Assembly: GCF_964213995.1 (NCBI RefSeq)
Contig: NC_135821.1
Span: 4,960,001-5,024,000 of the forward strand
Origin: Mustelus asterias
Taxonomy: Eukaryota
Direction of reading: 5' to 3'
Length of the DNA stretch: 64,000 nt
Shown piece by piece: positions 48,301-62,520 of this stretch (position 1 is its first letter; the number at the start of each line of letters is the position of its first letter). The notes beneath the pieces are model-generated. The model saw only the letters and a program-made list of their open reading frames with translations. It made no database searches and was not told the origin of the DNA. The translations under genes were made by a program, and so were the position numbers.

Positions 48301-50384
48301 CTGTTCGGGTCAATGCACCCTAACCAGCACATCTTTCAGACCCCATGTTTGGTTTGATTTGATTTGATTTGATTTATTATTGTCACATGAATTGGGATAC
48401 AGTGAAAAGTATTGTTTCTTGCGCGCTATACAGACAAAGCATACCGTTCATAGAGAAGGAGAGAAGAGAGTCCAGAATAAAATTTATTTATTAGTCACAA
48501 GTAAGGCTTACGTTAACCACTGCAATGAAGATACTGTGAAATTCCCCTAGTCGCCACACTCCGGCACCTGTTCGAGTAAATGTACCGAGCCAGCACGTCT
48601 TTAAGACTGTGGGAGGAAACCGGAGCACCCGGAGGAAACCCACACAGACGGGGAGAAACTGCAAACTCCGCACAGACAGTGACCCAAGACGGGAATTGAA
48701 CCCGGGTCCCTGGAGCTGTGAGGCAGCAGTGTTAACCACTGTGCCACCCATACAGACAGTGACCCAAGCTGGGAATCGAATCCGGGTCCCACGCGCAGTG
48801 AGGCATCAGTGCTAACCACTGTGCCACCGTGCTGCCCCCTTGTTACAGTCATAGCTAGGGTGTTGAAAAAGATCAACTTAATGCAAGGTAGGTCCATTCC
48901 AAAGTCTGACAGCAGCAGGGAAGAAGCTGTTCTTGAGTCGGTTGGTACGTGACCTCAGACCTCAATCTGTGTACATCAATATGCACTTGCGTGTCCATGC
49001 ATTAATGTATCCTGGCATATTTGTATAAATGTGTGGGAGCATGCATGTTATATGTTTAGATATAAACGCCAATTCATCACTCTTTACAAAGCCAGACTCA
49101 ACATCTGCTCCCAACAGTCTCACTGCAATACTTCACGGCTGAATGAATCATTCTGCATTAACACTACAAGGACTGACACAGAGACAGTGCAAAAACAAGC
49201 TGGAATGAATTGTTATCTCCTTAACCACCCTGTACACATCTAGGAACTGACATAGGCACACGTTTCGTGATACGTTTGTGTTTAATTCGATTAGCACTGC
49301 TGCCTCACAACTCCAGCGACCCGGGTTAAGTTCCAGCCTCGTGTGGAGTTTGCGTGTTCTCCCCGTGTCTGCGTGGGTTTCCTCCGGGTGCTCCGGCTTC
49401 CTCCCACAGTCTGAAAGACGTGCTGGTTAGGGTGCATTGACCCAAACAGGTGCCAGAGTGTGGCGGCTAGGGGAATTTCACAGTAACTTCATTGCAGTGT
49501 TAATGTAAGCCTTACTTGTGACACTAATAAATAAACTTTAACTTTAACGGTGGCAAAGTAGTTCGCACTGCTGCCTCACAGCACCAAGGACCCAGGTTCG
49601 ATCAGCAGCTTGGGTCACTGTCTGTGCGGAGTCTGCACATTCTCCCCGTGCCTGCATGGGTTTCCTCCGGGTGCTCCGGTTTCCTCCCACAGTCCGAATG
49701 AAGTGCCAGTTGGGTGCACTGGCCATGCTGAATTCTCCCTCAGTGTAACCCGAACAGGCGCCGGAGTGTGGTGACTAGGGGATTTTCACAGTAACTTCAT
49801 TGCAGTGTTAATGTAAGCCTTACTTGTGACTAATAAATAAACTATAAACTCATTCAGTTCGTTCTGAAAGAAAAGCGAGGTGATATACTGTCCGTGGGAG
49901 TGTGTAAAGTGTGCCTCAAACTCCATTAGCTTCTATCTCAGTTGCTGGATTTGGTGCAGTGTGTTATTTTATGACCCTTTCTCTCTGCACGTTGTTCAGA
50001 CTTTGCCAGTTCCGAGGTTCCGGATTGTCACAAAGTCCAATCCCATTATCTCGCCCGCGCCCTGCGATCCTTGCTCCCTTCACCTTATCAGTTAACAGCA
50101 CGAGTCTCGTTTTGTGAAGTCATCGTGCAGACACAAACTTTGCCTCGACAAATCCGCCTGAGTTTTAAAAAAATCTTGTGTTTTTTTTCCTTCAGTGAGT
50201 TAGGCCGCAGCAGCCTCGAGGGCGGGTGGTGTTTGTCAGGGTCAAGGTCGTTCACTGGCCAATCAGAATCATAGAATCCCTACAGTGCAGAAGTAGACCA
50301 TTCAGCCCATCGAGTCTGCACCGACCACAATCCCACCCAGGCCCTATCCCCATAACCCCATGAATTTACGTTGCTAATCCTCCT

Positions 50385-50900
50385 GATACTAAGGGGCAAT
50401 TTAGCACGGCCAATCCACCTAACCTACACACCTTTAGACACTAAGGGGCAATTTAGCATGGCCAATCCACCTAGCCTGCATATCTATGGACACTAAAGGG
50501 CAATTTAGCATGGCCAATCCACCTAACCTGCACATCTTTGGACACTAATGGGCAATTTAGCATGGCCAATCCACCTAACCCGCACATCTTTGGACACTAA
50601 TGGGCAATTTAGCATGGCCAATCCACCTAACCCGCACATCTTTGGACACTAAGGGGCAATTTAGCATGGCCAACCAACCTAACCTGCATATCTATGGACA
50701 CTAAGGGGCAATTCAGCATGGCCAACCAACCTAACACGCACATCTTTAGGCACTAAGGGGCAATTTAGCATGGCCAATCCACCTAACCTGCATATCTATG
50801 GACAGTAAGGGGCAATTTAGCATGGCCAACCAACCTAACCCGCACACCTTTGGACACGAAGGGAGAATTTAGCACGGCCAATGCACCTAACCCGCACGTC
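50385..50900 (-). repeat. Tandem array of about 52-bp HE1 internal unit (about 10 copies)
   Basis: Reverse complement of the unit at 11295. Confidence 0.9.
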
Positions 50901-53900
50901 TTTCAGACTGTGGGAGGAAAACGGACTGTGGGAGGAAAACCCAGGCAGACATGGGGAGAACATGCAAACTCCACACAGACAGTGACCCGAGACTGGAATT
51001 GAACCCGGGTCCCTGGCGCTGTGAGACAGCAGCGCTAACCAGCGTGCCACCACATGGATGGGAGACTGAGGACTTCTCACTGGGCCCAGGATTGGTGCGT
51101 GAATGGGTCATTCCTGGGTGGGTGACTGTTGGGAGAGCTGGAGGGTGTGGGGACAGAGGTGGAGGTTGCAGCATTTGGTCAGGGGCAGAGGGGTGGCAGG
51201 TGAACTGGATAGCGGGGTCAATCCTGGGAGGGGCAGGGTGTATGCCAACATGGGGTTGGAGAGATGGGGGAGAAATAGATTCATAGAATCCCGACAGTGC
51301 AGAAGATGCCATTCGGCCCATCAAAGCTGCACTGATGCTCTGTGACAGAGTATCTTACCCAGGCCCTCACCCCCGTCCTATCCCTATAACCCCACACGTC
51401 TACCATGGCCAGTCCCCCTAACCTGCACATCTTTTGGACTGTGGGAGGAAACTGGAGCACCCGGAGGAAACCCACGCAGACACGGGAAGGATGTGCAGTC
51501 TCCATACAGACAGTGACCCGAGGCCAGGAATTGAACCTGGGTCCCTGGCGCTGTGAGGCAGCAGTGCTAACCACTGCCACTGTGCCAACATGGAACCCCC
51601 CCCACCCCCCCACACTGTGGAATCCAATCCCCCCCCTCCAACCCCCACCCCCCCCAGAGCATTAGCCTCTGGATTACTAATGACATTCCCACTGTGCCAC
51701 CGTCTCGCCTGAGTCCTGCAGCCAATGAATGAACCCGTCATTCATTCAAATACAAAGCAACTCACAATCCGCAGAATCATTCATTTCATTCATAAATTTC
51801 CCTCACCGATCTCCCGACTCTACTGGCCCAGGAGGAGCCCAGAGTGTCGCTCAGTTCCATCACGGCACGGTGGCACAGTGGTTAGCACTGCTGCTTCACA
51901 GCGCCAGGGACCCGGGTTCGATTCCCAGCTTGGGTCACTGTCTGTGTGGAGTTTGCACGTTCTTCCCCTGTCTGCGTGGGTTTCCTCTGGGTGCTCCGGT
52001 TTCCTCTCACAGTCCAAAGATGTGCAGGTTCGGCGGATTGGCCGCACTAAATTGTCCCTTAGTGTCCAAAGATGTGCAGGTTAGGTGGATTGGCCATGCT
52101 AAATTGCCCCTTAGTGTCCCAAAGATGTGTCGGTTAGAGGGAATTAGTGGGGTAAATACGTGGAGTTACAGGGATGGGATCTGGGTAAGATGCTCTGTTG
52201 GTGAGTTGGTGCAGTGTCTGAAGATGTATAGGTTAGATGGCATTAGTGATGGTAAATGTGTGAGATTATAGTAATAGGGCGGGGGAGCGGGCTTCGGTAA
52301 GTAACTCTGTCAGAGAGTCCACAAAACCATAAGATATAAGAGCAGAAGTAGGCCATTCGGCCCATTGAGTCTGCTCTGCCATTCAATCATGGCTGATATA
52401 TTTCTCAACTCCATTCCCCCACCTTTGATCTTTGATCCCCTTACCAATCAAGAACCTATCTATCTCCGTCTTAAACGCACTCAATGATCTAGCCTCCACT
52501 AGTGCTGACTCGATGGGCCGAATGGCCTCTTCTGCACTGCAGGGAATGGTATGAATTGCAGCCGTTCCCAATCCTTGTCCTCTTCCAGGTAGGGATTGGC
52601 GGAGGAAAGCTGACCGCCCGACTGGTTTGCCATCTGAAAGCGACAATGGAGTGATTGTACGCTTCTCAGCGAGCGATCTCTATCAGTGAGCTTCCAGCTT
52701 GCAACAGGGGAAATCCCCACACATTCTCACGGTGCTCGGAAATGGGAGCCCTGAGTGCCCCCCTCCCCCCCCCCCCCCCCCCCGCCCCGCCACCCAGCAC
52801 CCAACCCCTCTCTTGCCCTGTCATTGCTGAGATGCTAAGGTGCCCTTGGCACAGACTGCGATCTGCCTGGCACCGTAAGGTCCACAATCTTTACTGAGTG
52901 TGGCCTTTGTCCATTGGTCCGTGGCTGGGGTGGACTCACCGTGTTTATTTGGGTAAATTCAACTCCCAAGTACAGTCGCTGATTTGTTTTTGAGATACAC
53001 GAGTGCTGCACCGTGCTCTGGTAAACAGAGAAGTTATTCAAATCTCACTGTCAATACATAGTGGCTCCAAAATGTTTAAACAGTGAGGACAGATTATTGT
53101 TTAGTGATGTCTGCATTTTGTCGACTGTTAACTCATGTAATCCGGGATTGCAAATGCTCGTAACCTGTTGGTGTAAGATTCATTCAATATGGTGGGGCTA
53201 TTAGCAAGGTCAAGTTTATTTATTAGTCATAAGTAGGTTTACATTAACACTGCAATGAAGTTACTGTGAAATTCCCCGAGTCGCCACACTCCAGGCGCCT
53301 GTTCGGGTCAATGCACCCTAACCAGCACGTCTTTCAGACTGTGGTTGGAAACCGGAGCACCCGGAGGAAACCCACGCAGACATGGGGAGAATGTGCAAAC
53401 TCTACACGGACAGTGACCCAAGCCGGGGATCGAACCTGGGTCCCTGGCGCTGTGAGGCAGCAGTGCTAACCACTGTGCCACCTTGCCGCCCCATGTTGGT
53501 GTAAGATTAATTCAGTATGGTGGGGCTTTTAATAAAGTAAAGTAAAATTTATTTATTGGTCACAAGTAGGCACAGTGGTGGGCGACACGGTGGCACAGTG
53601 GTTAGATGTGCAGGTTAGGTGGATTGGCCATGCTAAATTTCCCCTTATTGTCCCAAGATGTGTCGGTTGGAGGGAATTAGTAGGGTAAATGCGGGGGGTT
53701 ACAGGGATAGGATCTGGGTAAGATGCTCTGTTGGTGAGTTGGTGCAGTGTCTGACGATGTATAGGTTAGATGGGATTAGTGATGGTAAATGTGTGGGGTT
53801 ACGGTAATAGGCCGGTGGGGAGAGAGCTTGGGTAAGTAACTCAGTCAGAGGGTCCATAAGGTATAGGAGCAGAATTAGGCACTGCTGCTTCACAGCTCCA

Positions 53901-54633
53901 GGGACCTGCATTCGATTCCCGGCTTGGGTCACTGTCTGTGTGGAGTTTGCACGCTCTCCCTGTGTCTGTGTGGGTTTCCTCCTACAGTCTGAAAGACGTG
54001 CTGGTTAGGTGTATCGGCCATGCCAAATTCTCCCTCAGTGTTACCCGAACAAGTGCCGGAATGTGGCGACTGGGGGATTTTCACAGCAACTTCATTGCAG
54101 TGTTAAGGTAAGCCGACTTGTGACACTAATAAGTACACTTCACTCCAGCAACACTCAAAAGGCTCGACAACATCCAGTACAAAGCAGCCCCGCGTGACTG
54201 GCACCCAACCTACCACCTTCAGCATCCACTCCCTCCAGCACCGACGCACAGGGGCTGCAATGTGTACCATCTACAAGATGCACTGCATCAACTCACCAGG
54301 ACTCCTTCAACAGCACCTTCCAAACCCGCGACACACAACACCTAGCTCTGGTAAACAGAGAAGCTATTCAAAACTCACCGTCAATATATAGTGGCTCCTA
54401 ATGTTTACACAGTGAAGACAGATTATTGATTAGTGATGACTGTTTTTTGTTGACAACGATAGTTTTCAACTTAGGTGACCCCAGTTCTAGGCATTTATTC
54501 ACTGATCACGTGTAAGCAGGGGCGACACGGTGGCGCAGTGGTTAGCACTGCTGTCTCACAGCGCCAGGGACCTGGGTTCAATTCCAGCCTTGGATGACTA
54601 TCTGTGTGGAGTTTGCACATTCTTCCCAGAACC

Positions 54634-56153
54634 AGGGGTCACTGTTTTAAAATTAGGGGGTCACCCTTCCAGGACAGAGATGAGCGAGGAGAGTTTTTTT
54701 CTGAGGGTCATGCGACTTTGGAACTCTGCCTCAGAAGGCGGTGAAGACGGGGTCCCTGAATATTTTGAAGACAGAAGCAGATAGATTCTTGTCAGATGAG
54801 GGAGTCAAAGGTTACCGGGGTAGATGGGAATGTGGAACTCAACGCAAACAGATCCGCCATGATCTTATTGAATGGTGGAAGGGGTTCGATGGGCCAAATG
54901 GCCTACTCCTGCTCCCATTTCATGTGACTTGGAATTATATTGTCCATCCTTCACTGTCACTGAGGCAAAATCCTGGAACTCCATCCCTTACACCATAGAA
55001 TCATAGAATAGAATCATAGAATCCCTACAGTGCAGAAAGAGGCCATTCAGCCCATCGAGTCTGCACCGAGCACAATCCCACCCAGGCCCTATCCCCGTAA
55101 ACCACATATTTACCCTGCTAATCCCCCTGACACTAAGGGGCAATTTGTCTGTATGGCGCACAAGAAACAATACTTTTCACTGTATATAAATACATGTGAC
55201 AATAATAAATCAAATCAAAACAAAATCTAATTTAGCACGGCCAATCCACCAGGTCTGCGTGGGTTTCCCCCGGGGGCTCCGGTTTCCCCCCACACTCCAA
55301 AGATGTGCGGATTAGGCGAATTGGCCGTGCTAAATTGCCCCCTTAAGTGTCGGGCAGACTAGCTAGGGTAAATATGTGGGGTTACAGGGATAGGGCTTGG
55401 GTGGGATTGTGGCTGGTGCAGGCTGGATGGGCTGAATGGCCTCTTGGCACTGTATGATTCTATCTCAGCCACTTTGTTCACATAAGGGACTACCTAAGCT
55501 CCAGGATAAACTATTTATAATGTTAGTTCCCACACTCCAAAGATGTGCAGGTTCGGTGGATTGGCTGTGCTAGATTAGATTTTGTTTTGATTTGATTTAT
55601 TATTGTCACATGTATTTATATACAGTGAAAAGTATTGTTTCTTGCGCGCCATACAGACTAAATTGCCCCTTAGTGTCAGGGGGATTAGCAGGGTAAATAT
55701 GTGGGTTTACGGGGATAGGGCCTGAGTGAGATTGTGGTTGGTGCAGACTCGATGGGCTGAATGACCCCCTTCTGCACTATAGGGATTCTATGATTCTATT
55801 CTATGATTCTATGGTGTAAGGGAGGGAGTTCCAGGATTTTGCCTCAGTGACAGTGAAGGATGGACAATATAATTCCAGGTCATATGGAATGGGAGCAGGA
55901 GTAGGCCATTTGGCCCATCGAACCCCTTCCACCATTCAATAAGATCATGGCGGATCTGTTTGCGTTGAGTTCCACATTCCCATCTACCCCGGTAACCTTT
56001 GACTCCCTCATCCTACAAGAATCTATCTGCCTCTGTCTTCAAAATATTCAGGGACCCCGTCTTCACCGCCTTCTGAGGCAGAGTTCCAAAGTCGCACAAC
56101 CCTCAGAGAAATAATTTCTCATCTCTGTCCTGGATTTTAAAACAGTGACCCCT
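54634..56153. repeat. Inverted duplication, arms 54634-55250 and 55555-56153
   Basis: Arms are near reverse complements across several nested TE junctions. Confidence 0.92.
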
Positions 56154-56509
56154 AGTTGTGGACTCACCCACAAGAGGAAACATCCTTTCCAATGCCCAAC
56201 TTGCCGAGATCATTCAGGATCTTACAAACTTCAATCAAGTCACCCCTCACTCTTCTAAACTCCATGGAAACAAGCCCCGTCTGTCTAACCACATTTGAAT
56301 GGTGAGCTGTGACTTGGAGGGGAACATCCAGGTGCAGGTGTTCTCCGTGTGTCTACTATCCTTGTCCTTCTAGATGGTAGAGGTCACAGGTTTGGAAGGT
56401 GCTGTTGAAGGAACCTTGTTGAATTGCTGAAGTGCATCTTGTAGATGGTACACACGGCTGCCATTGTGTGTCGGTGGTGGAGGGAGTGAATGTTCAGTTT
56501 ATTTTATTA

Positions 56510-57165
56510 GTGAGAGAGTGTAGAGTGAGAGAGTGAGAGAGAGAGCAAGAGGGAGGGAGAGAGAGAGAGAGAGAGGGAGAGAGAGAGTGTGAGAGGGAAG
56601 GAGAGAGAGTGAGAGAGTGAGCGAGACAGAGCAAGAGGGAGAGAGAGACGGAGAGAATGCGAGAGGGAGAGCGAGAGAGTGAGAGAGAGCGAGAGAAAGA
56701 GAGAGAGAAAACAAGAGGGCGAGAGAGAGAGTGTGACAGGGAGAGAGAGAGCGAGAGAGTGAGCAAGACAGACCGAGAGGGGGAGCGAGGAAGTGAGAGA
56801 GAAAGAGCAAGAGGGAAAGAGAGAGTGTGAGAGGGAGAGAGAGAGCGAGAGAGTGAGCAAGACAGACCGAGAGGGGGAGCGAGGAAGTGAGAGAGAAAGA
56901 GCAAGAGGGAAAGAGAGAGTGTGAGAGGGAGAGGAAATGAAAGAGTGAGAGGGAGAGAGAGAGAGAGAGCGCAAGAGGGAGAGAGAGTGTGTGAGAGTGT
57001 GAGAGAGAGAGCGAGAGAGTGAGAGAGAGAGAGTGAGAGGAAGAGAAAGAGTGCAAAAGGGAGGGAGAGAGAGAGAGAGAGAGCGAGAGGGGCAGAGACA
57101 GAGAGAGCGCGAGAGAGTGACAGAGTGAGAGAAAGAGAGCGAGAGGGAGAGAGGGGGAGTGAGAG
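56510..57165. repeat. GA-rich polypurine simple repeat
   Basis: Directly visible. Confidence 0.95.
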
Positions 57166-58744
57166 GCCCTTGACATTCAATGGTGTGGGTCAATCCACGG
57201 AACGTGGACTACAGCGATTCAAGAAGGCAGCTCACCACCACCTTCTCAAGGGGCAACTAGGGATGGTAATGTTTCTATACAGACAAAGTATATCGTTCAC
57301 AGATTACATGGGGGGGCAGTGGGGGGGGGGGGGGAAGAAGAGAGTGCAGAATGTAGTGTTACAGTCATAGCTAGGGTGTAGAGAAAGATCAACTTAATGC
57401 GAGGTAGGTCCATTCAAAAGTCTGATGGCAGCAGGGAAGAAGCTGTTCTTGAGTCGGTTGGTACGTGACCTCAGACTTTCGTATCTTTTTCCCGACTGAA
57501 GAAGGTGGAAGAGAGAATGTCCGGGGTGCGTGGGGTCCTTGATTATGCTGGCTGCTTTGCCGAGGCAGCGGGAAGTTGTATTATTTATTGTTAAATTCAA
57601 ACATCACCATATGCGGGATTTGAACCCAAGTCCCCGGATCCTACCGTGGGTCTCTAGATTACTAATCCAGTGACAATACCACGATGCTACCGTCTCCCCC
57701 AAATTCAATTCAGTAAAAAAAATCTGAAATTAAGAATCTATTGGTGACCATGAAACCATTGCCAATTGTTGGAAAAACTCATCTGGTTCACTCATGTCCC
57801 TTTAGGGAAGGAAATCTGCCGTCCTTACCCTGGTCTGGCCTACATGTGACTCCAGAGCCACAGCAATGTGGTTGACTCTCAACTGCCCTCTGAAATGGCC
57901 GAACGAGACACTCGGTTCAAGGGTAACTTGGGATGGGCAATAAATGCTGGCCCAGCCAGCGATGCCCATGTCCCACGAATGAATAATAAAAGTTTATTTT
58001 TTAGTGTCACAAGTAGGCTTACATTAACACTGCAATGAAGTTACTGTGAAAATCTCCTAGTCGCCACACTCCGGCGCCTGTTCGGGTACACTGAGGGAGA
58101 ATTTAGCATGGCCAATGCATCTAACCAACACGCCTTTCAGACTGTGGGAGGAAACCAGAGCACCCGGAGGAAACCCACGCAGGCACGGGGAGAACGTACA
58201 AACTCCGCACAGACAAGTGACCCAAGCCGGGAATCGAACCAGGATCCCTGGCGCTGTGAGGCAGCAGTGCGTGCCACTGTGTTGGCAACCTCCCAAAGTG
58301 CTGTATCTGCCAAGGTTTTAAAATCCAAATTTCACCAATCTCGCTCGAGAGCTGAATTCAGTTTGAGAAGGAGTCGGGAAATATATTTCTCAGCTGTCCC
58401 GGGAACCTTGGGCCATTTTAGTCCTTTCGAGGTGCTCCATAAATGCAGCTTATTCTTGCAGTCTGCCATCCTGGCTCAGAGACCGACGCTGATCTCGTTC
58501 CAAGTATCACAGGGAAATGAAAGTCCGCATGTTTTTGCTAAACCTAACAGCCCCGTGTCCAAATAAAGGTTCAGAAAGTCGATGCAGGAATGAAGTAAAC
58601 TTTCTGGATCATTGCCTGAGAGAAAAGTGTCAACTAGGCGAGACTTAAAGGGGAGGGAGCTGAGACCTGGATTCACAGATAGCCTCTGGTGACAGGGGTG
58701 TGGCTGTATCTATTTCTACACATCGGTTTTCCATTTATAGAGTC

Positions 58745-59215
58745 ATAGAGGTTTACAGCTTCGGCCCAACTTATCCAGGCTGCCCCTTTTTTAAACCCCT
58801 AAGCTAGTCCCAATTGCCCGCGTTTGGCCCATATCCCTCTATACCCATCTTACCCGTGTAACTGTCTAAATGCTTTTTAAAAGACAAAATTGTACCCGCC
58901 TCTACGACTATCTCTGGCAGCTTGTTCCAGACACTCACCACCCTCTGTGGGAAAAAATTGCCCCTCTGGACACTTTTGTATCTCTCCCCTCGCACCATAA
59001 ACCTATGCCCTCTAGTTTTAGACTCCCCTGCCTTTGGGAAAAGATATTGACTATCTAGCTGATCTGTGCCCCTCATTATTTTATAGATCTCTATAAGTTC
59101 ACCCCTAAGCCTCCTACGCTCCAGAGACAAAAGTCCCAGTCTATCCAGCCTCTCCTCATAACTCAAACCATCAAGTCCCAGTAGCATCCGAGTAAATCTT
59201 TTCTGCACTCTTTCT
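58745..59215 (-). mobile_element. CR1 LINE 3' fragment
   Basis: ORF 58804-59208 QKRFTRML...RVVSVWNKLP. Confidence 0.9.
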
Positions 59216-59280
59216 GTAACTAATCAGTTAAGAAAGATAATGGCAATGAAACACAGGGGGCAACACACATGAAGTTTCAG

Positions 59281-59410
59281 TGCTGTACCTGTCCTGGGAG
59301 TCTTTGATGGGGACAGTGTAGAGGGAGCTTTACTCTGTATCTAACCCCGTGCTGTACCTGTCCTGGGAGTGTTTGATGGGGGACAGTGTAGGGGGAGCTT
59401 TACTCTGTAT
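59281..59410 (+). repeat. About 69-bp tandem repeat, resuming at 60565-60600 after a CR1 insertion
   Basis: tgctgtacctgtcctgggagt.tttgatggggacagtgtag.gggagctttactctgtatctaaccccg units. Confidence 0.8.
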
Positions 59411-60564
59411 GATGTGTTTGATAAGGTTCACCATGGTAGGCTTCTGCAGAAAATGCAGATGTATGGGATTGGGGGTGATCTAGGAAATTGGATCAGGAAT
59501 TGGCTAGCGGATAGGAAACAGAGGGTGGTGGTTGATAGTAAATATTCATCATGGAGTGCGGTTACAAGTGGTGTACCTCAGGGATCTGTTTTGGGGCCAC
59601 TGCTGTTTGTAATATTTATTAATGATCTGGATGAGGGTATAGTTGGGTGGATTAGCAAATTTGCTGATGACACCAAAGTCGGTGGTGTGGTAGACAGTGA
59701 GGAAGGGTGTCGTAGTTTGCAGGAAGACTTAGACAGGTTGCAAAGTTGGGCCGAGAGGTGGCGGATGGAGTTTAATGCGGAGAAGTGTGAGGTTATTCAC
59801 TTTGGTAGGAATAACAGATGTGTTGAGTATAGGGCTAACGGGAGGACTTTGAATAGTGTGGAGGAGCAGAGGGATCTAGGTGTATGTGTGCATAGATCCC
59901 TGAAAGTTGGGAATCAAGTAGATAAGGTTGTTAAGAAGGCATATGGTGTCTTGGCGTTTATTGGTAGGGGGATTGAATTTAGGAGTCGTAGCGTTATGTT
60001 GCAACTGTACACAACTCTGGTGCGGCCGCACTTGGAGTACTGTGTGCAGTTCTGGTCCCCACATTACAGGAAGGATGTGGAGGCTTTGGAGAGGGTGCAG
60101 AGGAGGTTTACCAGGATGTTGCCTGGTATGGAGGGGAGATCCTATGAGGAGAGGCTGAGGGATTTGGGATTGTTTTCGCTGGAAAGGCGGCGGCTAAGAG
60201 GGGATCTTATTGAAACATATAAGATGATTAGAGGTTTAGATAGGGTGGATAGTGATAGCCTTTTTCCTCTGATGGAGAAATCCAGCACGAGGGGGCATGG
60301 CTTTAAATTGAGGGGGGGTAGTTATAGAACCGATGTCAGGGGTAGGTTCTTTACCCAGAGGGTGGTGAGGGATTGGAATGCCCTGCCAGCATCAGTTGTA
60401 AATGCGCCTAGTTTGGGGGCGTTTAAGAGATCCGTAGATAGGTTCATGGACGAAAAGAAATTGGTTTAGGTTGGAGGGTCACAGTTTTTTTTTTAACTGG
60501 TCGGTGCAACATCGTGGGCCGAAGGGCCTGTTCTGCGCTGTAATGTTCTATGTTCTATGTTCTA
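59411..60564 (+). mobile_element. Young 5'-truncated CR1 LINE with uninterrupted RT C-terminal frame (about 350 aa)
   Basis: FDKVHH, SGVPQGSVLGP, KFADDTK, YCVQFWSP; (tgttcta)n tail; tgtat at both junctions. Confidence 0.94.
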
Positions 60565-61659
60565 TGTATCTAACCCCGTGCTGTACCTGTCCTGGGAGCG
60601 TTTAATATCATAACTAAGGAAAAAAATAGATTCAAATATATTACCTTCAAGGCCGGTTATAAATTGTTTTCTTAATTTAAACATCTTGGCCAGAATTATA
60701 ACACCCTGCCCGTCACAGGAATCGGTGCGGGGACGGTTTGGACAATGGGAAGGTTTGTTGACCTGAGGTGGGATTTTACGGTTTTGGGATGAGCGAGGCC
60801 GGATAATACACACACTCACCGCCCCCCCCCCCCCCCCCCCCCGCCCCAACCACCACCCACCCGCCACCCCCGGCCTGTGCGCCTCCAGTTCCTGGAATAG
60901 CTGTGTTGGCTATGCTGCAATAACCTGGTTCCACCACAGGAGGTCACTAATTGTCACAAATTCCTCACAATTCCTGAATTTGCCGACTCCCATTCTCCCA
61001 ACTAAAAGAAACAGGTTGAGGAATTCATTCGAAATTTACTCTCAGTGCTTTGATTCGTTTGCAGCTAATTCTCAGGACGTGGGCGTTGGGGGCAAGACTG
61101 CCAACTGATGCCCAAATCTACTTTGATTTGATTTATTATTGTCACATGTATTAACATACAGTGAAAAGTATTGTTTCTTGCGCGCTACACAGACAAAGCA
61201 TACCGTTCATAGAGAAGGAAATGAGAGAGTGCAGAATGTAGTGTTACAGTCATAGCTAGGGTGTGGAGAAAGATCAACTTAATGCAAGGTAAGTTGGTTA
61301 ATGCAAGGCACAGTGGTTAGCGCTGCTACCTCACAGCGCCAGGGACCTGGGTTCGATTCCCGACTTGGGTCACTGTCTGTGTGGAGTTTGCACGTTCTTC
61401 CTGTGTCTGCGTGGGTTTCCTCCGGGTGCTCCGGTTTCCTCCCACAGTCCAAAGATGTGCAGGTTAGGTTAATTGGCCACGCTAAATTGCCCCTTAGTGT
61501 CCCGGGATGCGAAGGTTAGAGGGATTAGCGGGTAAATATGTGGGGATATGGAGATAGGGCCTGGGTGGGATTGTGGTCGGTGCAGACTCGATGGGCCAAA
61601 TGGCCTCTTTCTGCACTGTAGGGTTTCTATGATTCTATGATTCTATGTAAGTCCAAGTC

Positions 61660-62520
61660 TTGATCAATTGGGCCAGTGGGCTGACGAATGGCAGATGGAG
61701 TTTAATTTAGACAAATGCGAGGTGATGCATTTTGGTAGATTGAACCAGGGCAGGACTTACTCAGTTAATGGTAGGGCGTTGGGGAGAGTTACAGAACAAA
61801 GAGATCTAGGGGTCCATGTTCATAGCTCCTTGAAAGTGGAGTCACAGGTGGACAGAGTGGTGAAGAAGGCATTCAGCATGCTTGGTTTCATCGGTCAGAA
61901 CATTGAATACAGGAGTTGGGACGTCTTGTTGCAATTGTACAAGACATTGGTAAGGCCACATTTGGAATACTGTGTACAGTTCTGGTCACCCTATTATAGA
62001 AAGGATATTATTAAACTAGAAAGAGTGCAGAAGAGCTTTACTAGGATGCTACCGGGACTTGATGGTTTGAGTTATAAGGAGAGGCTGGATAGACTGGGAC
62101 TTTTTTCCCTGGAGCGTGGGAGGCTGAGGGGTGATTTTATAGAAGTCTATAAAATAATGAGGGGCACAGATCAGCTAGATAGTCAATATCTTTTCCCGAA
62201 CGTAGGGGAGTCTAAAATTAGAGGGCATAGGTTTAAGGTGAGAGGGGCGGGATACAAAAGTGTTCAGAGGGGCAGTCTTTTCACACAGAGGGTGGGGGTG
62301 AGTGTCTGGAACAAGCTGCCAGAGGTAGTAGTAGAGGCGGGTACAATTTTGTCTAATAAAAAAACGTTTAGACAGTTACATGGGTACGATGGGTATAGAG
62401 GGTTATGGGCCAAATGCAGGCAATTGGGATTCGCTTAGGGGTTTAAAAAAAAGGGCAGCATGGACAAGTTGGGCCGAAGGGCCTATTTCCATGCTGTAAA
62501 CCTCTATGACTCTATGACTT
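61660..62520 (+). mobile_element. CR1 LINE 3' fragment
   Basis: ORF 61668-62438 WQMEFNLDKC...YCVQFWSP; (ctatgact)n tail. Confidence 0.92.

Noticed and set aside
56494-57193. Ser/Leu-rich ORFs of about 225 aa
   Set aside because: Translations of the GA simple repeat
59369-60469. 366-aa ORF as a host gene or active LINE
   Set aside because: 5'-truncated CR1 RT lacking endonuclease and promoter; the apparent start is borrowed from the flanking tandem repeat
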